A stretch of 64,000 bases of DNA from Eledone cirrhosa. Lineage: Eukaryota. Shown here one piece after another: positions 40,279 through 53,278 of the stretch. The position numbers were made by a program, and so were the translations under genes. The stretch's first letter is position 1. Each line of letters begins with the position of its first letter. The stretch lies in assembly GCA_964016885.1 (NCBI GenBank), contig OZ024743.1, positions 262,880,001 to 262,944,000 on the forward strand. The letters run 5' to 3'. A model generated the notes under the pieces. The model saw nothing but the letters and a program-made list of their open reading frames with translations, was not told the origin of the DNA and ran no database searches.

Positions 40279-40602
40279 GGAGACACATGCCTTAGTGGTT
40301 AGAGCATTGGCCTTGCAATCGATAGGTTGTGAGTTCAATTCTCAGACCGGCTGATGTGTTGTTTCCTTGAGCAAGACACTTTATTTCACATTGCTCCAGT
40401 TTACTCAGCTGTAGAAATGAGATGATAGGGACTGGGGTCCATATCATTCCATTGCAAAGTGGTCGTGTAGGTGCCATGGAAAAAAAGCCCCCAGCACTCA
40501 CTGTAAATGAGGTTGGTGTTAGGAAGGGCATCCAGCTGTAGAAATCAAGCCAGAATCAGTTCCCGTCCCACCCTTGCAAGCAGGGAAAATGATGATGATG
40601 AT
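40279..40602 (+). mobile_element. SINE family 1 copy
   Basis: Same structure, (GAT)n tail. Confidence 0.85.
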
Positions 40603-40727
40603 ATATGTACATATATATATAAATATAAATATATATATATACATATGTACATATACTTATATAAATATATATATATACATATCTACATATACTTATATAA
40701 ATATATATATATACATATGTACATATA

Positions 40728-40760
<33 letters not shown>

Positions 40761-40763
<3 letters not shown>

Positions 40764-41140
40764 GGCGATGACACAGGGCTGTGACCTCTGGCGTCACACA
40801 GTAACACAGAGTACCTGACCTCGCACGGGTACAACCTGAAGCATATAGATAATATGCCCCCACACCCTCCCACTGCAAAGTGGTCGTGGAGGTGCCATGA
40901 CAAAAAAGCCCCCAGCCCACACTGTAAAGTGGACATGTAGGCGCCACGGCAAAAAAGCACCCAGCACTCACTGTAAATGAGGTTGGTGTTAGGAAGGGCA
41001 TCCAGCTGTAGAAATCAAGCCAGAATCAGTTCCTGTATGAGCAAGACAAGGTCAGCCGACCAGACACTGCCCACAACAGGACAACCCGTCTAACCCATGC
41101 TACCGTGGAAGAACAGACGTAAAACGGTGATGATGATGAT
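40761..41140 (+). mobile_element. Short 3' fragment of the second RTE family
   Basis: Homologous to 43103-43475, with (GAT)n tail. Confidence 0.8.
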
Positions 41141-41149
41141 ACATATGTA

Positions 41150-41493
41150 CATCATCATCATCATCATTTCATTTTACGTCCACTTTTCATGCTTGCAAGG
41201 GTGGGACGGGAACTGATTCTGGCTTGATTTCTACAGCTGGATGCCCTTCCTAACACAAACCTCATTTACAGTGAGTGCTGGGTGCTTTTTTGCCGTGGCA
41301 CCTCCACGACCACTTTGCAGTAGAATGATAGGGATCCCAGTCCCTATCATCTCATTTCTACAGCTGAGTAAACTGGAGCAACGTGAAATAAAGTGTCTTG
41401 CTCAAGGAAAGAACACATCACCCGGTCTGAGAAATGAACTCACAACCTTTCGATTGCAAGGCCAATGCTCTAACCACTAAGCCATGTGCCTCC
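41150..41493 (-). mobile_element. SINE family 1 copy
   Basis: Reverse complement of the family sequence; short inverted copy of the head at 41494-41505. Confidence 0.85.
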
Positions 41494-41518
41494 ACATGGC
41501 TTAGTACAAGTACATATA

Positions 41519-41574
<56 letters not shown>

Positions 41575-41604
<30 letters not shown>

Positions 41605-42277
41605 GGTTTAGCGTCCGTGTTCCACGCTTGCATGGGTTTGGACGGGGGTTTTCCCACTTGAGGCAAGAGTGGTTGTCTTGCTCGCATAGGACTGTCTGGC
41701 GGGTTTTCTACAGTTGGATGCCCTTCCTAACACCAACCACATTTACAGTGTGGGTCTGGGAGGTTTTTACCGTGTTGCCTACACGGCCACATTACAGCGT
41801 GGACTGTGTGTTTTTTTGTCGTGACACCTACACGATCTCATTTGTTTCGGCCTCGATGGCGCGGCACCAACATAACTTTACATAGAACGGGGTGGTGTGG
41901 ATGGGGTGGGGTGGGGGTGGTGGGACGGGGTGTATTTTGTTAGAGATGCCTACTGGCTGGAGTAGGTTTTACTATATATTTAGGTAAGGCGGGTCTTCTC
42001 TGTTACTGAGTACCGCCAAAGGTCTCGGTCCAGTGACATTGTCTTGGAGAGGTGTAAGTGTGTGATGTCAGAGTTTATCAGCTCGTCCCAGGTTTTTCTA
42101 GGTCTGCCTATTCCGTGACTACCGTCTATCTTTATTGCCCTGCACTTTGTTATACAGCTATCGACTTTCATGCGCATCACGTGTCCATACCAACGTAGCC
42201 TTCTCTCGAGTAAACAACATCTGATCCCTCTTATCTCTAATTTTTTCCTTAGTTCGTTTATGCTTTGCCGTTCACGT
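41575..42277 (-). mobile_element. RTE LINE 3' fragment
   Basis: Encodes [12 protein letters not shown]...EKTRLT*, followed by the 3' UTR and tail. Confidence 0.9.
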
Positions 42278-42336
42278 ATATATATATATATATATACATA
42301 TATATTTATATATACACATATATATATATACACACA

Positions 42337-42368
<32 letters not shown>

Positions 42369-42409
42369 CACATATATATATATATACACATATATATATA
42401 TATATACAC

Positions 42410-42442
<33 letters not shown>

Positions 42443-42505
42443 CACATATATATATATATACACATATATATATATATACACATATATATATACACATATA
42501 TATAT

Positions 42506-42548
<43 letters not shown>

Positions 42549-42595
42549 TATATATATATATATACACACACATATATATATATATATATATACAC

Positions 42596-42628
<33 letters not shown>

Positions 42629-42727
42629 TATATATATATACACACATATATATATACACACACATATATATATATATACACACATATATATATATATATA
42701 CACACACACATATATATATATATATAC
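42278..42727. repeat. Compound (TA)n/(CA)n microsatellite, ~450 bp
   Basis: Read directly; longest of many TA tracts in the window. Confidence 0.95.
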
Positions 42728-42728
42728 A

Positions 42729-43475
42729 AGGCTTCTCCCTCAAAATGAAAGGCAGACTGTATGATGTGTGTATCCGAACAGCGATGTTGCATGGTAGTGA
42801 GACCTGGGTGCTGAAGGTGGAAGACTTACGTAGATTAGAGAGAAACGAAGCCTGCATGCTCCGATGGATGTGTAACTAATATACGTGAGCGACAAAACAT
42901 AAATGAACTGAGCATAAGAGGAATCAAATGCTGAGTGCAGGAGAGGCGGTTGCGCTGGTATGGACATGTGATGCGTATGAAGGATGACAGCTGCATAAAA
43001 AGGTGCAGAGCACTAGAAGCCGATGGAAACCGTGGAGTGGGGAGACCCAAGATGACCTGGGATGAGGTGATAAAAGCCGACCTTACCCAATTACACCTCT
43101 CAAAGGCGATGACACACGACCGTGACCTCTGGCGTCACGCAGTAATACAGAGTACCCGACCTCCCATGGGTACAAGCTGAAGCATATAGACAATATGCCC
43201 CCACATCCCCCACCGCAAGGTGGTCGTGATGGTGCCACGGCAAAAAAGCACCCAGCCCACACTGTAAAGTGGACGTGTAGACGCCACGAAAAAGCACCCA
43301 GCACTCACTGTAAATGAGGTTGGTGTTAGGAAGGGCATCCAGCTGTAGAAATCAAGCCAAATCAGTTCCTATATGAGCAAGGCATGGTCAGCCGACCAGA
43401 CACTGCCCACAACAGGACAACGCGTCTAACCCATGCTAGCATGGAAGAATGGACGTAAAACGGTGATGATGATGA
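42729..43475 (+). mobile_element. 3' fragment of a second RTE family (different 3' UTR)
   Basis: [26 protein letters not shown]...[19 protein letters not shown]...GRPK; distinct 3' UTR ending ggacgtaaaacggtgatgatgat. Confidence 0.85.
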
Positions 43476-43551
43476 TACATATGTACATATACTTATATCA
43501 TCATCATCATCATCATTTTACGTCTGCTTTTCCCTGCTTTCAAGGGTGGGA

Positions 43552-43753
43552 TGAATCTATTGGCGGTTAACCCTATGTAGGCCCTACGGGACGTGGGTGT
43601 TTCAACCTTAAATTTGTAGACAATGTTAGTAGAGAGGCATTTCCCGGATAGGGGGCAATCAACCCGATTCCTACAATTACAGTTAGTACTAACTACAGGG
43701 TTGCACATGTTCCTACGTCTTCCTCCGGCTGCAACGTTTTTTGAAATATCCAC
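43552..43753 (-). mobile_element. Penelope-like element fragment (Cys-rich linker + start of GIY-YIG endonuclease)
   Basis: ORF 43493..43753 contains CNCRNRVDCPLSGKCLSTNIVYKFKV...AYIGLTANRF: CxCx5Cx5C then IVY...YIG. Confidence 0.8.
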
Positions 43754-44106
43754 TTCTGCGTTTACAGATTGACTTTGTTAGTTTCAGAAGATCCCGTTAA
43801 GGGTGAAAGCAGTGATTCTTTGCTTAAACTTTAATCTGTTATTTTAATAAATGTATATATATGTACATATACTTATATATATATATACATATGTACATAT
43901 ATATATACATATGTACATATACTTATATATGTATGTATATATATATGTACATATATATATACATATGTACATATACTTATATATATATATATGTACATAT
44001 ACTTATATATATATATATGGACGTTAAACGATGATGATGTGTACATATACTTATATATATATATATATATGTACATATACTTATATATATACATATATGT
44101 ACATAT

Positions 44107-44437
44107 CCGTCCCACCACCCACACCCCATCCACACCACCCCCTCCTATGTAAAGTTATGTTGGTGCCACACCATCCAGGCCGAAACAAATGAGATAGTGT
44201 CGGTGTCACGACAAAAAAACACACAGTCCACGCTGTAATGTGGCCGTGTAGGCAACACGGTAAAAACCTCCCAGTCCCACACTGTAAATGTGGTTGGTGT
44301 TAGGAAGGGCATCCGACTGTAGAAAACCTGCCAGACAGTCCTATGCGAGCAAGACAATCACTCTTGCCTCAAGTGGGAATACCCCCGTCCAAACCCATGC
44401 AAGCGTGGAACACGGACGTTAAACGTTGATGATGATG
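44107..44437 (+). mobile_element. RTE LINE 3'-UTR fragment
   Basis: Matches the 59240-59570 3' UTR; ends aaacgttgatgatgat. Confidence 0.85.
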
Positions 44438-44536
44438 ATATATATACATATGTACATATACTTATATATATATATATATATATGTAAGTATGTATGTATA
44501 CGTACATACATATATGTATACAGACGTACAGTAGCA

Positions 44537-44586
<50 letters not shown>

Positions 44587-44742
44587 TACATACAGGTACA
44601 CATATATATATGTACGTATCAGTTTAGCGGACGTTTATTATAACGTCCGCTTTGTCCGTTTGTAAACAAACGGTCGGCCTGATTTATGCCGTACGGTGTT
44701 AAGACCACCACGTCACCTTTTTGTTCAACACTGACACAGGAA

Positions 44743-44783
44743 CGATGTACTAGTTTCAAGCTTCTTAGCTATCATCAGCACCG
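44743..44783 (-). ncRNA. Minimal type I hammerhead ribozyme candidate
   Basis: CGGUG-CUGAUGA-U AGCU aaga AGCU U-GAAA-CUAG-UA-CAUCG: full core, 5-bp stem I, 4-bp stem II with U.U closing pair, palindromic ACUAGU stem III. Confidence 0.65.
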
Positions 44784-44903
44784 TATACCCTTCTGCCAGA
44801 TGGTTGAACGTTCGAAAGTATATACTTTCCTTATGAATATTAACGGCTGAGCAGCCTAATTTGCATATCGAGTGAGTTCAGTCGGCCAGGCGTACCGTAA
44901 ACG

Positions 44904-45019
44904 ATAAGTTGTAATAGAATGAAACGAAATTTCATTTCTCACTCTTAGTACGGCACTTACTTAAATGTAAGTATGTATGTATACGTACATACATATATGT
45001 ATACAGATGTACAGTAGCA

Positions 45020-45057
<38 letters not shown>

Positions 45058-45378
45058 TACATACAGGTACACATATATATATGTACGTATCAGTTTAGCG
45101 GACGTTTATTATAACGCCCGCTTTGTCCGTTTGTAAACAAACGGACAGCCTGATTTATGCCGTACGGACAAAGCGGGCGTTATAATAAACGTCCGCTAAA
45201 CTGATACGTACATATATATATGTGTACCTGTATGTATATATGTATATATATATATATATGCATGCTACTGTACGTCTGTATACATATATGTATGTACGTA
45301 TACATACATACTTACATTTAAGTAAGTGCCGTACTAAGAGTGTGAAATGAAATTTCGTTTCATTCTATTACAACTTAT
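44904..45378. repeat. Long inverted repeat (arms 44904-45130 and 45164-45378, 33-bp spacer)
   Basis: The right arm is the near-exact reverse complement of the left, apart from (TA)n length and a few substitutions. Confidence 0.92.
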
Positions 45379-45441
45379 ATATATATACATATGTACATAC
45401 ATATGTACATATACTTATATATATATATATGTGTACATATA

Positions 45442-45478
<37 letters not shown>

Positions 45479-45628
45479 ACATATACTTATATATATATAT
45501 ATATATATATATAATAATAGTAATAGGATATGTGTTCCTACACGCACAAGGCGCTAAGGGACACATATATTGTCCAACCATATGCCAATGTGGTTCAATG
45601 GCAGGTTAATAAATTAACGAGCCAGAAC

Positions 45629-45898
45629 ATATATAATGAAGGTTTAGCAAATAAGATAAAGTTTCAAAATAAATTTTAAAAAATTAACTGTACTTACTAT
45701 GGTTACCTTTACCGAGTCGGTTTCGATTCTCAAAAATAAACGGAGTCCATACGGCCTTCGTTGCAAAGAAGGCCGTATGGACTCCGTTTATTTTTGAGAA
45801 TCGAAACCGACTCGGTAAAGGTAACCATAGTAAGTACAGTTAACTTTTTAAAATTTATTTTGAAACTTTATCTTATTTGCTAAACTTTCATTATATAT
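45629..45898. repeat. Near-perfect 270-bp palindrome (131-bp arms, 8-nt loop gttgcaaa)
   Basis: ...cggagtccatacggccttc-gttgcaaa-gaaggccgtatggactccg... Confidence 0.95.
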
Positions 45899-45903
45899 AT
45901 ATA

Positions 45904-45947
<44 letters not shown>

Positions 45948-46045
45948 TATACTCATATATATATATACATATGTACATATACTTATATATATACATATGT
46001 ACATATACTTATATATACATATACTTATATATATATATACAAATG

Positions 46046-46250
46046 AAGGCACATGACTGAGGTCCCTATCATTCCACTGTAAAGTGGTCGTGGAGGTGCC
46101 ACGGCAAAAAAGCACCCAGCACTCACTGTAAATGAGGTTGGTGTTAGGAAGGGCATCCAGCTGTAGAAATCAAGCCAGAATCAGTTCCCGTCCCACTCTT
46201 GCAAGCAGGGAAAAAGCGGACGTAAAATGAAATGATGATGATGAATGATG
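46046..46250 (+). mobile_element. SINE family 1, internally deleted copy
   Basis: gaaggcacatg head remnant joined to the 3' half and tail. Confidence 0.75.
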
Positions 46251-46301
46251 ATACATATGTACATATACTTATATATATATATATATACATATGTACATAT
46301 A

Positions 46302-46340
<39 letters not shown>

Positions 46341-46349
46341 GTACATATA

Positions 46350-46419
<70 letters not shown>

Positions 46420-46481
46420 TATACTTATATATATATATACATATGTACATATACTTATATGTATATATATATATGTATATA

Positions 46482-46526
<45 letters not shown>

Positions 46527-47514
46527 ATTCATTAATTTCATTAATTAAATGAAAAAAGGTGTATATTATTAGAAATATGGTCAGAAGAGTTTAAATCTGA
46601 ACTCACTAGCCATCTATCTATGTAGTGGAAATTGGTATGCTAAGCAGAATTGTGTATTAGTTATCAGGTAGATGGATGGGCAGATGATTGAACAGTTGTT
46701 ATTGTGGCATGAGGAAAAGAGAATTCTATTGTGGCTGGATAAGTTATTTTAGCAATAAACAGTTTTGTTTTATGCTCTTTATTGACAACGACTTTTACTA
46801 TTTTCCTCTCAATGTTTTAAAACCAACAATCTCCCCTAATTTTAGTGGATTAACTGTGAAACACATAAATTCAGTTATTTGACTTTGTGTACGTGTGGTT
46901 TGGGTCGTTGATGGCTAGGTTTCTTTAGTAACATTTCAATGATTGATTAAAAGCTGTTGTCATCAGGTGTGTAACTCTATCTGTGTATATTTGTAGACAC
47001 AAGCAAGGCTGAGTGGTTAGCAAGTTAGCTTTGCTATTGTGAGCTCTCATGTTCAATCCCTTTGTGTGGAGTCTTGGACAGGTATCTTTTACCTGAGATT
47101 TGAGTCTACTGAAGCCTTCTGAATGAAATTTGATGGATAGAAAATGGGTGGAAGCCCATTGCATGGATTTTACCTGTAATTCAAAAGTCCAGCCTTGTCA
47201 CATATTGTGTGTGCCACATTGAATCAGTTTGGAAATTATGTTAAAGGCACATGTATTGTGGCATACACAACCACTTACACTTTAATTGAACATGCTGGAT
47301 GTACAGTTGATCCGACAACTGAATACTTATTGTCGTAACTGACAGAGGATCCATCATCTCTTATATCTATAGAACCTGAACTAAGTGAAGCCAGTGAAAC
47401 ACTTGTCAATTATACTATGCTCCCACTGTAGGCAATAATCCAATACTGTTTGATCTGATTGAGCCCAAGATTAAAAAGGGTGAGTGAAATAGTCACTACA
47501 TAGCGTTGGAATGC

Positions 47515-48590
47515 AGTTATTTATGTATGCTTGATCCACACCATAGCACTGGAGTGAGGCTATTTATATTAGATTGACCCACAACATAACACTGGAGTGA
47601 GGCAATTTATATTAGATTGACCCACAACACTGGAGTCAGGCTATTTATATTAGATTGACATAGCACTAGAATGAGGCTATTTATGTTAGATTGACCCACA
47701 ACATAGCACTGGAGTGAGGTTATTTACATTAGATTGACCCACAACATAGCACTGAAGTGGGGCTATTTATATTAGATTGTCCCACACCATAACACTGAAG
47801 TGGGGCTATTTATATTAGATTGTCCCACACCATAACACTGAAGTGGGACTATTTATATTAGATTGGCCCAGAACATAGCACTAGAGTGAGGCTATTTACA
47901 TTAGATTGACCCACAACATAGCACTGGAGTGAGGTTATTTATATTAGATTGACATAGGAGGCACATGGCTTAGTGGTTAGAGCATTGGCCTTGCAATCGA
48001 AAGGTTGTGAGTTCAATTCTCAGACCGGGTGATGTGTTGTTTCCTTGAGCAAGACACTTTATTTCACATTGCTCCAGTTTACTCAGCTGTAGAAATGAGA
48101 TGATTTCCCTGCAAAGTGGTCGTGGAGGTGCCACGGCAAAAAAGCACCCAGCACTCACTGTCAATGAGATTGGTGTTAGGAAGGGCATCCAGCTGTAGAA
48201 ATCAAGCCAGAATCAGTTCCCGTCCCACCCTTGCAAGCAGGGAAAAGTGGACATAAAATGATGATGATGATGATGACCCACAATATAGCACTAGAGTGAG
48301 GCTATTTACATTAGATTGGCCCACAACATAGCACTGGAGTGACGCTATTTATATTAGATTGACCCACAACATAGCACTGGAATGACGCTATTTATATTAG
48401 ATTGACCTACAACATAGCCCTGGAGTGAGGTTATTTACATTAGATTGATCCACAACATAGCACTAGAATGAGGCTATTTATGTTAGATTGACCCACAACA
48501 TAGCACTGGAGTGGGGCTATTTTTTTTTTTAGCTACCCATAACATAGCACTAGAATGAAGCTATTTAAGTTAGATTGACCGACAACATCC
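47515..48590. repeat. 43-bp minisatellite interrupted by a SINE
   Basis: Unit cacaacatagcactggagtgaggctatttatattagattgacc. Confidence 0.95.
47957..48275 (+). mobile_element. SINE family 1 copy inserted in the 43-bp minisatellite
   Basis: Full head-to-tail match; the array resumes directly after the (GAT)n tail. Confidence 0.88.
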
Positions 48591-49622
48591 TGCAAACAGA
48601 TTGGATTCTCCTCGTTATATTTTATTTTCTAATTATTCATTTTAATTCTTTTAAAATAATTTTATTGTAATTTTTTTTTATTACAAAACTAATAAATTAT
48701 CATTTGTGATATTTGATTTGGAAAGTGGGAAAAAATGAACAAAACAGCTAATTATATTTTTTTCTTATGGAACCTAAATTAATTATGTTAAAAATCTTGA
48801 TTAATTAAGAGAAAGAAAAAAAGTATAATTTTTCAAATTGCTTTCATGTATTAAAAAAGGGTAAGAAAAAAAGAGAAATAAGAGAAAGATGAAGCAGTTA
48901 TTTGAATGATGCTGTCATCCTGGAATTCTGTTTCAAATCGTGAATGTTTTTAGTTTTTTTTTAGCCATTTTTATATATTTATTTATTTATTCCTCTTCCT
49001 CCAATATGCTTTTACTGTTGTGAGATATTAGTAAGTAGAATGTCAATATTTATGATATATATAAAATATTTATTCATATCATCATTATTATTAAAATTAT
49101 CAGGATGGCTATCATTGTTATTCACATGCTGGGAATTAAAGGTTAGGGATGATATGTGTGTGGTGGGGGTGATGTATAGGAGGGAAGGGTGGTATGTGTA
49201 GAAGGGGGACAGTTGATGTGTGTGGGAGGCTTGTGTGTAATGAGGCAGATTGATATGTGTAGTGGGGCAAGGTTGTGTGTGTGTAATATGCTACATTAGT
49301 AAAGGCAGTGGTAATATGCTGTACTACAATAGTAAAGACCTATCCAACCCATGCTAATAGCATGGTATAATACATTCTGATATGTGCACACAAACGCATC
49401 CTCATTCACATTTACACTCACTCTACTTTTTCTGACACAAGAATACAAAAGCTTACACTCATACTTGTGCTTATACTTACTCAACTCTTGCATACTTTAT
49501 ACTCACAAACACACTCATAAATACACATTCCCTCATGCATACATATACACAATAACATTCATGCTTATATACACACCCATTCACATATACACACATAACA
49601 TTCAGGCATACACATATGCAAG

Positions 49623-49963
49623 TCATCATCATCATCATTTCATTTTACGTCCGCTTTTTCCCTGCTTGCAAGGGTGGGACGGGAACTGATTCTGGCTTGA
49701 TTTCTACAGCTGGATGCCCTTCCTAACACCAACCTCATTTACAGTGAGTGCTGGGTGCTTTTTTGCCGTGGCGCCTCCACGACCACATTGCAGTGGAATG
49801 ATAGGGACCCCAGTCCCTATCATCTCATTTCTACAGCTGAGTAAACTGGAGCAATGTGAAATAAAGTGTCTTGCTCAAGGAAACAACACATCACCCGGTA
49901 TGAAAATTGAACTCACAACCTTTTGATTGCAAGGCCAATGCTCTAACCAAGCCATGTGCCTCC
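49623..49963 (-). mobile_element. SINE family 1 copy
   Basis: Reverse complement match to the family. Confidence 0.85.
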
Positions 49964-50486
49964 ACAAGTATACAAATCATTCACATGAACTTGCTTACAC
50001 ATTTACAAACATGCTTTTATGCATTTGCATGCGCACACATGCATATTCACATGCATTTGTGCATGTACACACAATCAGTATATAATCATTGTATAAAACA
50101 TACACAAGATGTGTGATTTGTGATAGTGACGACATCTGACTGAAAAAGTTTGATTTAAAAATCTTCAATAGACATGACATTCTGTCCCATGGGTAGATAC
50201 AATATTGTTATGAGGACTACATGATTCTGTATGCCATGTTGGCTGTGTTGGTGTCGACTATCTAAAGAAACTCAGAGCATGCTTCTGTATTCTGTTGGCT
50301 TGGTGGGTGTTGGTAGTGGTGCTATCTAGAGACAGTCAGAGCTAAGAGTGGCACCATCTATCTAACAATAGATGTATCATTCCTACCTCCATGGCATCTT
50401 TCACTTTTCAGATAATACATATAAATGTCAGTATCATTTTATTCCCTACTCACTGGACCATTCCAACACACGTTAATATGATGAAA

Positions 50487-50540
<54 letters not shown>

Positions 50541-51014
50541 CATACATATATATGGACATCATCATCATCACCATTTTATGTCCATTCTTCCATGCTACCA
50601 TGGGTTAGATACTCACACACACACTGCTAACAAAAAAACCTTATGGAAAAATGTAAACATAAGCAATTTGTTTGTTTATTTGATTATTTATGTCAGATTG
50701 TAATATAAGAAATTTCCGTATAGAAATAATAATAATAATGTGTTATGTTGCCATGGCACTAAGATTTCAATATATATATAACTTAACTGGGACATAAGAT
50801 TTAAGGAAAGTTATCTTGGATTTCTTTTCTCGTTCCTTTATTTTATCATAGATTAATATTTACATTGTGAAGGGAGGAGGGATGGAATGCTAGGCTAGTA
50901 ACACTACCTCCAGTAAACAAAATTGCTACAGAAACGACAAAGGTTGTCGAATGCTCCACATGAAGCAAATGGAGCTAAGGAATAATAATAGTGATAATAA
51001 AAAAAATGTCAAAG

Positions 51015-51890
51015 AATGATAAAGCAACCATATGCCAATACATACAGATAGAGAGGTCAAAGCCAACCAACCAGATATTATAATCAAAAACACACAAAAA
51101 AAAATGCTTTTAATAGCTGTATCAGCCTCCATAGATGACAATATATCTTCCAAGGAAGTGAAGAAACTCTCCAATTATAAAGATCTAGAGATAGAAATAA
51201 CTGGAATGTAGAAAATGAAAATTGAAACAATACCTATGATAATAGCTGCTCTAGGAATGATAACAAAACACACAGACAAATACATAACCAAACCCCCAGG
51301 ACTTAAAAATATATACAGCATACAAAAGATAGCACTACTCGGCACTGCACACATATTACGAAAAGTACTATCAATATAATAGAATCATCAGCAAAAACTA
51401 CACTGCTCATACCCAAGGTGCACAGCGGTGCACGGTAAAGCAGTAATGATGCGCAATAAAAATAATAATAATAGCCAACCGACCAGATATTATAATCAAA
51501 GACCACAAAGAAAAAAAAACTGCCTTCTAATAGAATGTATCAATCCCCAAAGACAACTATATATCTTCCAAGGAAATAGAGAAACTCTCCAAATCTAGAG
51601 ATAGAAATAATTTGAATGTGGAAAATGAAAACAAACAATACCTATAATAATAGGTGCTCTGGGAATGATACAAACACACACACACACACACACACACACA
51701 AATACATAATCAAAATCCCAGGACTTACAAATATATACAGTATATAAAAAATAGCACTACTAGGCATTGCACACATATTACAAAAATACTATCAATATAA
51801 TAGAAACAACACCAGCAAAAACTACGCTGCTCATACCCAAGGCGCACAGAGCTGTGCTCAGCAAAGCAGTAATGATACATAATAATAATT
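51015..51890 (+). mobile_element. Two tandem 3' fragments of an R4/Dong-type (restriction-like endonuclease) LINE
   Basis: Translates TDREVKANQPDIIIK...SKEVKKLSNYKDLEIEI...IPMIIAALGMI...IQKIALLGTAHILRKVL* (PD-D/ExK RLE C-terminus). Repeated at ~51030-51470 and ~51475-51890, each ending in (AAT)n. Confidence 0.8.
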
Positions 51891-53247
51891 GTTTCTACTT
51901 TTTGGCAAAAGGCCAGCAATTACCGAGTACATTACTGGTACTTTATTTTATCAACCCCGTAAGGATGAAAGGCAAAGTTAACCTTGGCAGGATTTGAACT
52001 CAGATTGTAAAGGGACGTAACTATGCTGGAAAGCCTGTCCAACCGATACTGCCAATTCACATAATAATGTAGATAAACAAGTTTAGTTGACTTACGAAGT
52101 ATTGGGAAAATTGAAAATATAATCACCACAATGATAATAGTTGATAATTATGAATAATAGTTAGATGCCTGGTTTATCTAACTATTATTCATAGCTATCA
52201 AATAATTGTTTCTACTTTAGGCACAAGGCCAGCAATTACTCAGTGCATTACTGGTACTTTATTTTATCGACCCCGTAAGGATGAAAGGCAAAGTCAACCT
52301 TGGCAGGATTTGAACTCAAATCGTAAAGGGACGTAACTATGCTGGAAAGCATGGCGTCCGACCCTCTACCGACACTGCCAATCCTGATTCACTCAGGTGT
52401 TGATTGCAAAATTAGTTGTATTTTCTGTTACAATAATACCAAATTGGCCGGCCATCCCTGAACCAAATCTATCCTCTATTCTCTGTTTTTGCCGTAATCC
52501 TGTTATTATATAACTAATTTTGCAATTAGCACCTGATGAAATCGCCTAAGTCTTACAACATAATCGGATGATGAGACTTGGCCATTGAAATATGTATAAT
52601 TTTTTTTGCAAAATTAAAACTTTGAAAAATGTTTCCAGCCCGGCCATCTGTTGTTTTTAAATGAAAATTTAACTCCATTGTTGCACCAGCCACAGGATAC
52701 CACATCTACAATGGATGATTTGTATAATGCCGAATGCTTTAATTTATTGCATCATCGTTTACTAACCAGAATGACCAGTTCCACCCATTGGTAAACAACA
52801 TAACATAAATAATATATATATATATATATCATCATCATCGTCGATTAACGTCTATCTTCCATGCTAGCATGGGTTAGACGTGTTTGTCCCAATTAGAGGC
52901 AAGTTGGGTCGGGTGACCGTGTCTCGCTCATATAGGAGAGTTTCTGGGTGTTTTCTTACAGCTGGATGCCCTTCCTAACGTTAACCACATTGACAGTATG
53001 TGCTGGGTGCTTTTTGCCGTGTCTTTTACATGTCCATTTTACAGTGTAGGCTGGGTGTTTTGGGGCTGGTTTTCTACGGCTGAGTGCCCTTCCTAATGCC
53101 AGTCACATTTACAGTGTGTGCTGGGTGCGTTTTGTTGTGACACCTACATGACCACTTTACAGTGTGGGCTGGGTGCATTTAGTCATGTCACCTACACGAT
53201 TACTTAAGTGTGGGCTGGGCACTTTTTGCTGTCACCTATATATATAA

Positions 53248-53278
<31 letters not shown>

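Noticed and set aside
47515-48590. Regular repeats (also 10135-10455) as a CRISPR-like array
   Set aside because: Head-to-tail units with no unique spacers, no cas genes, eukaryotic context.
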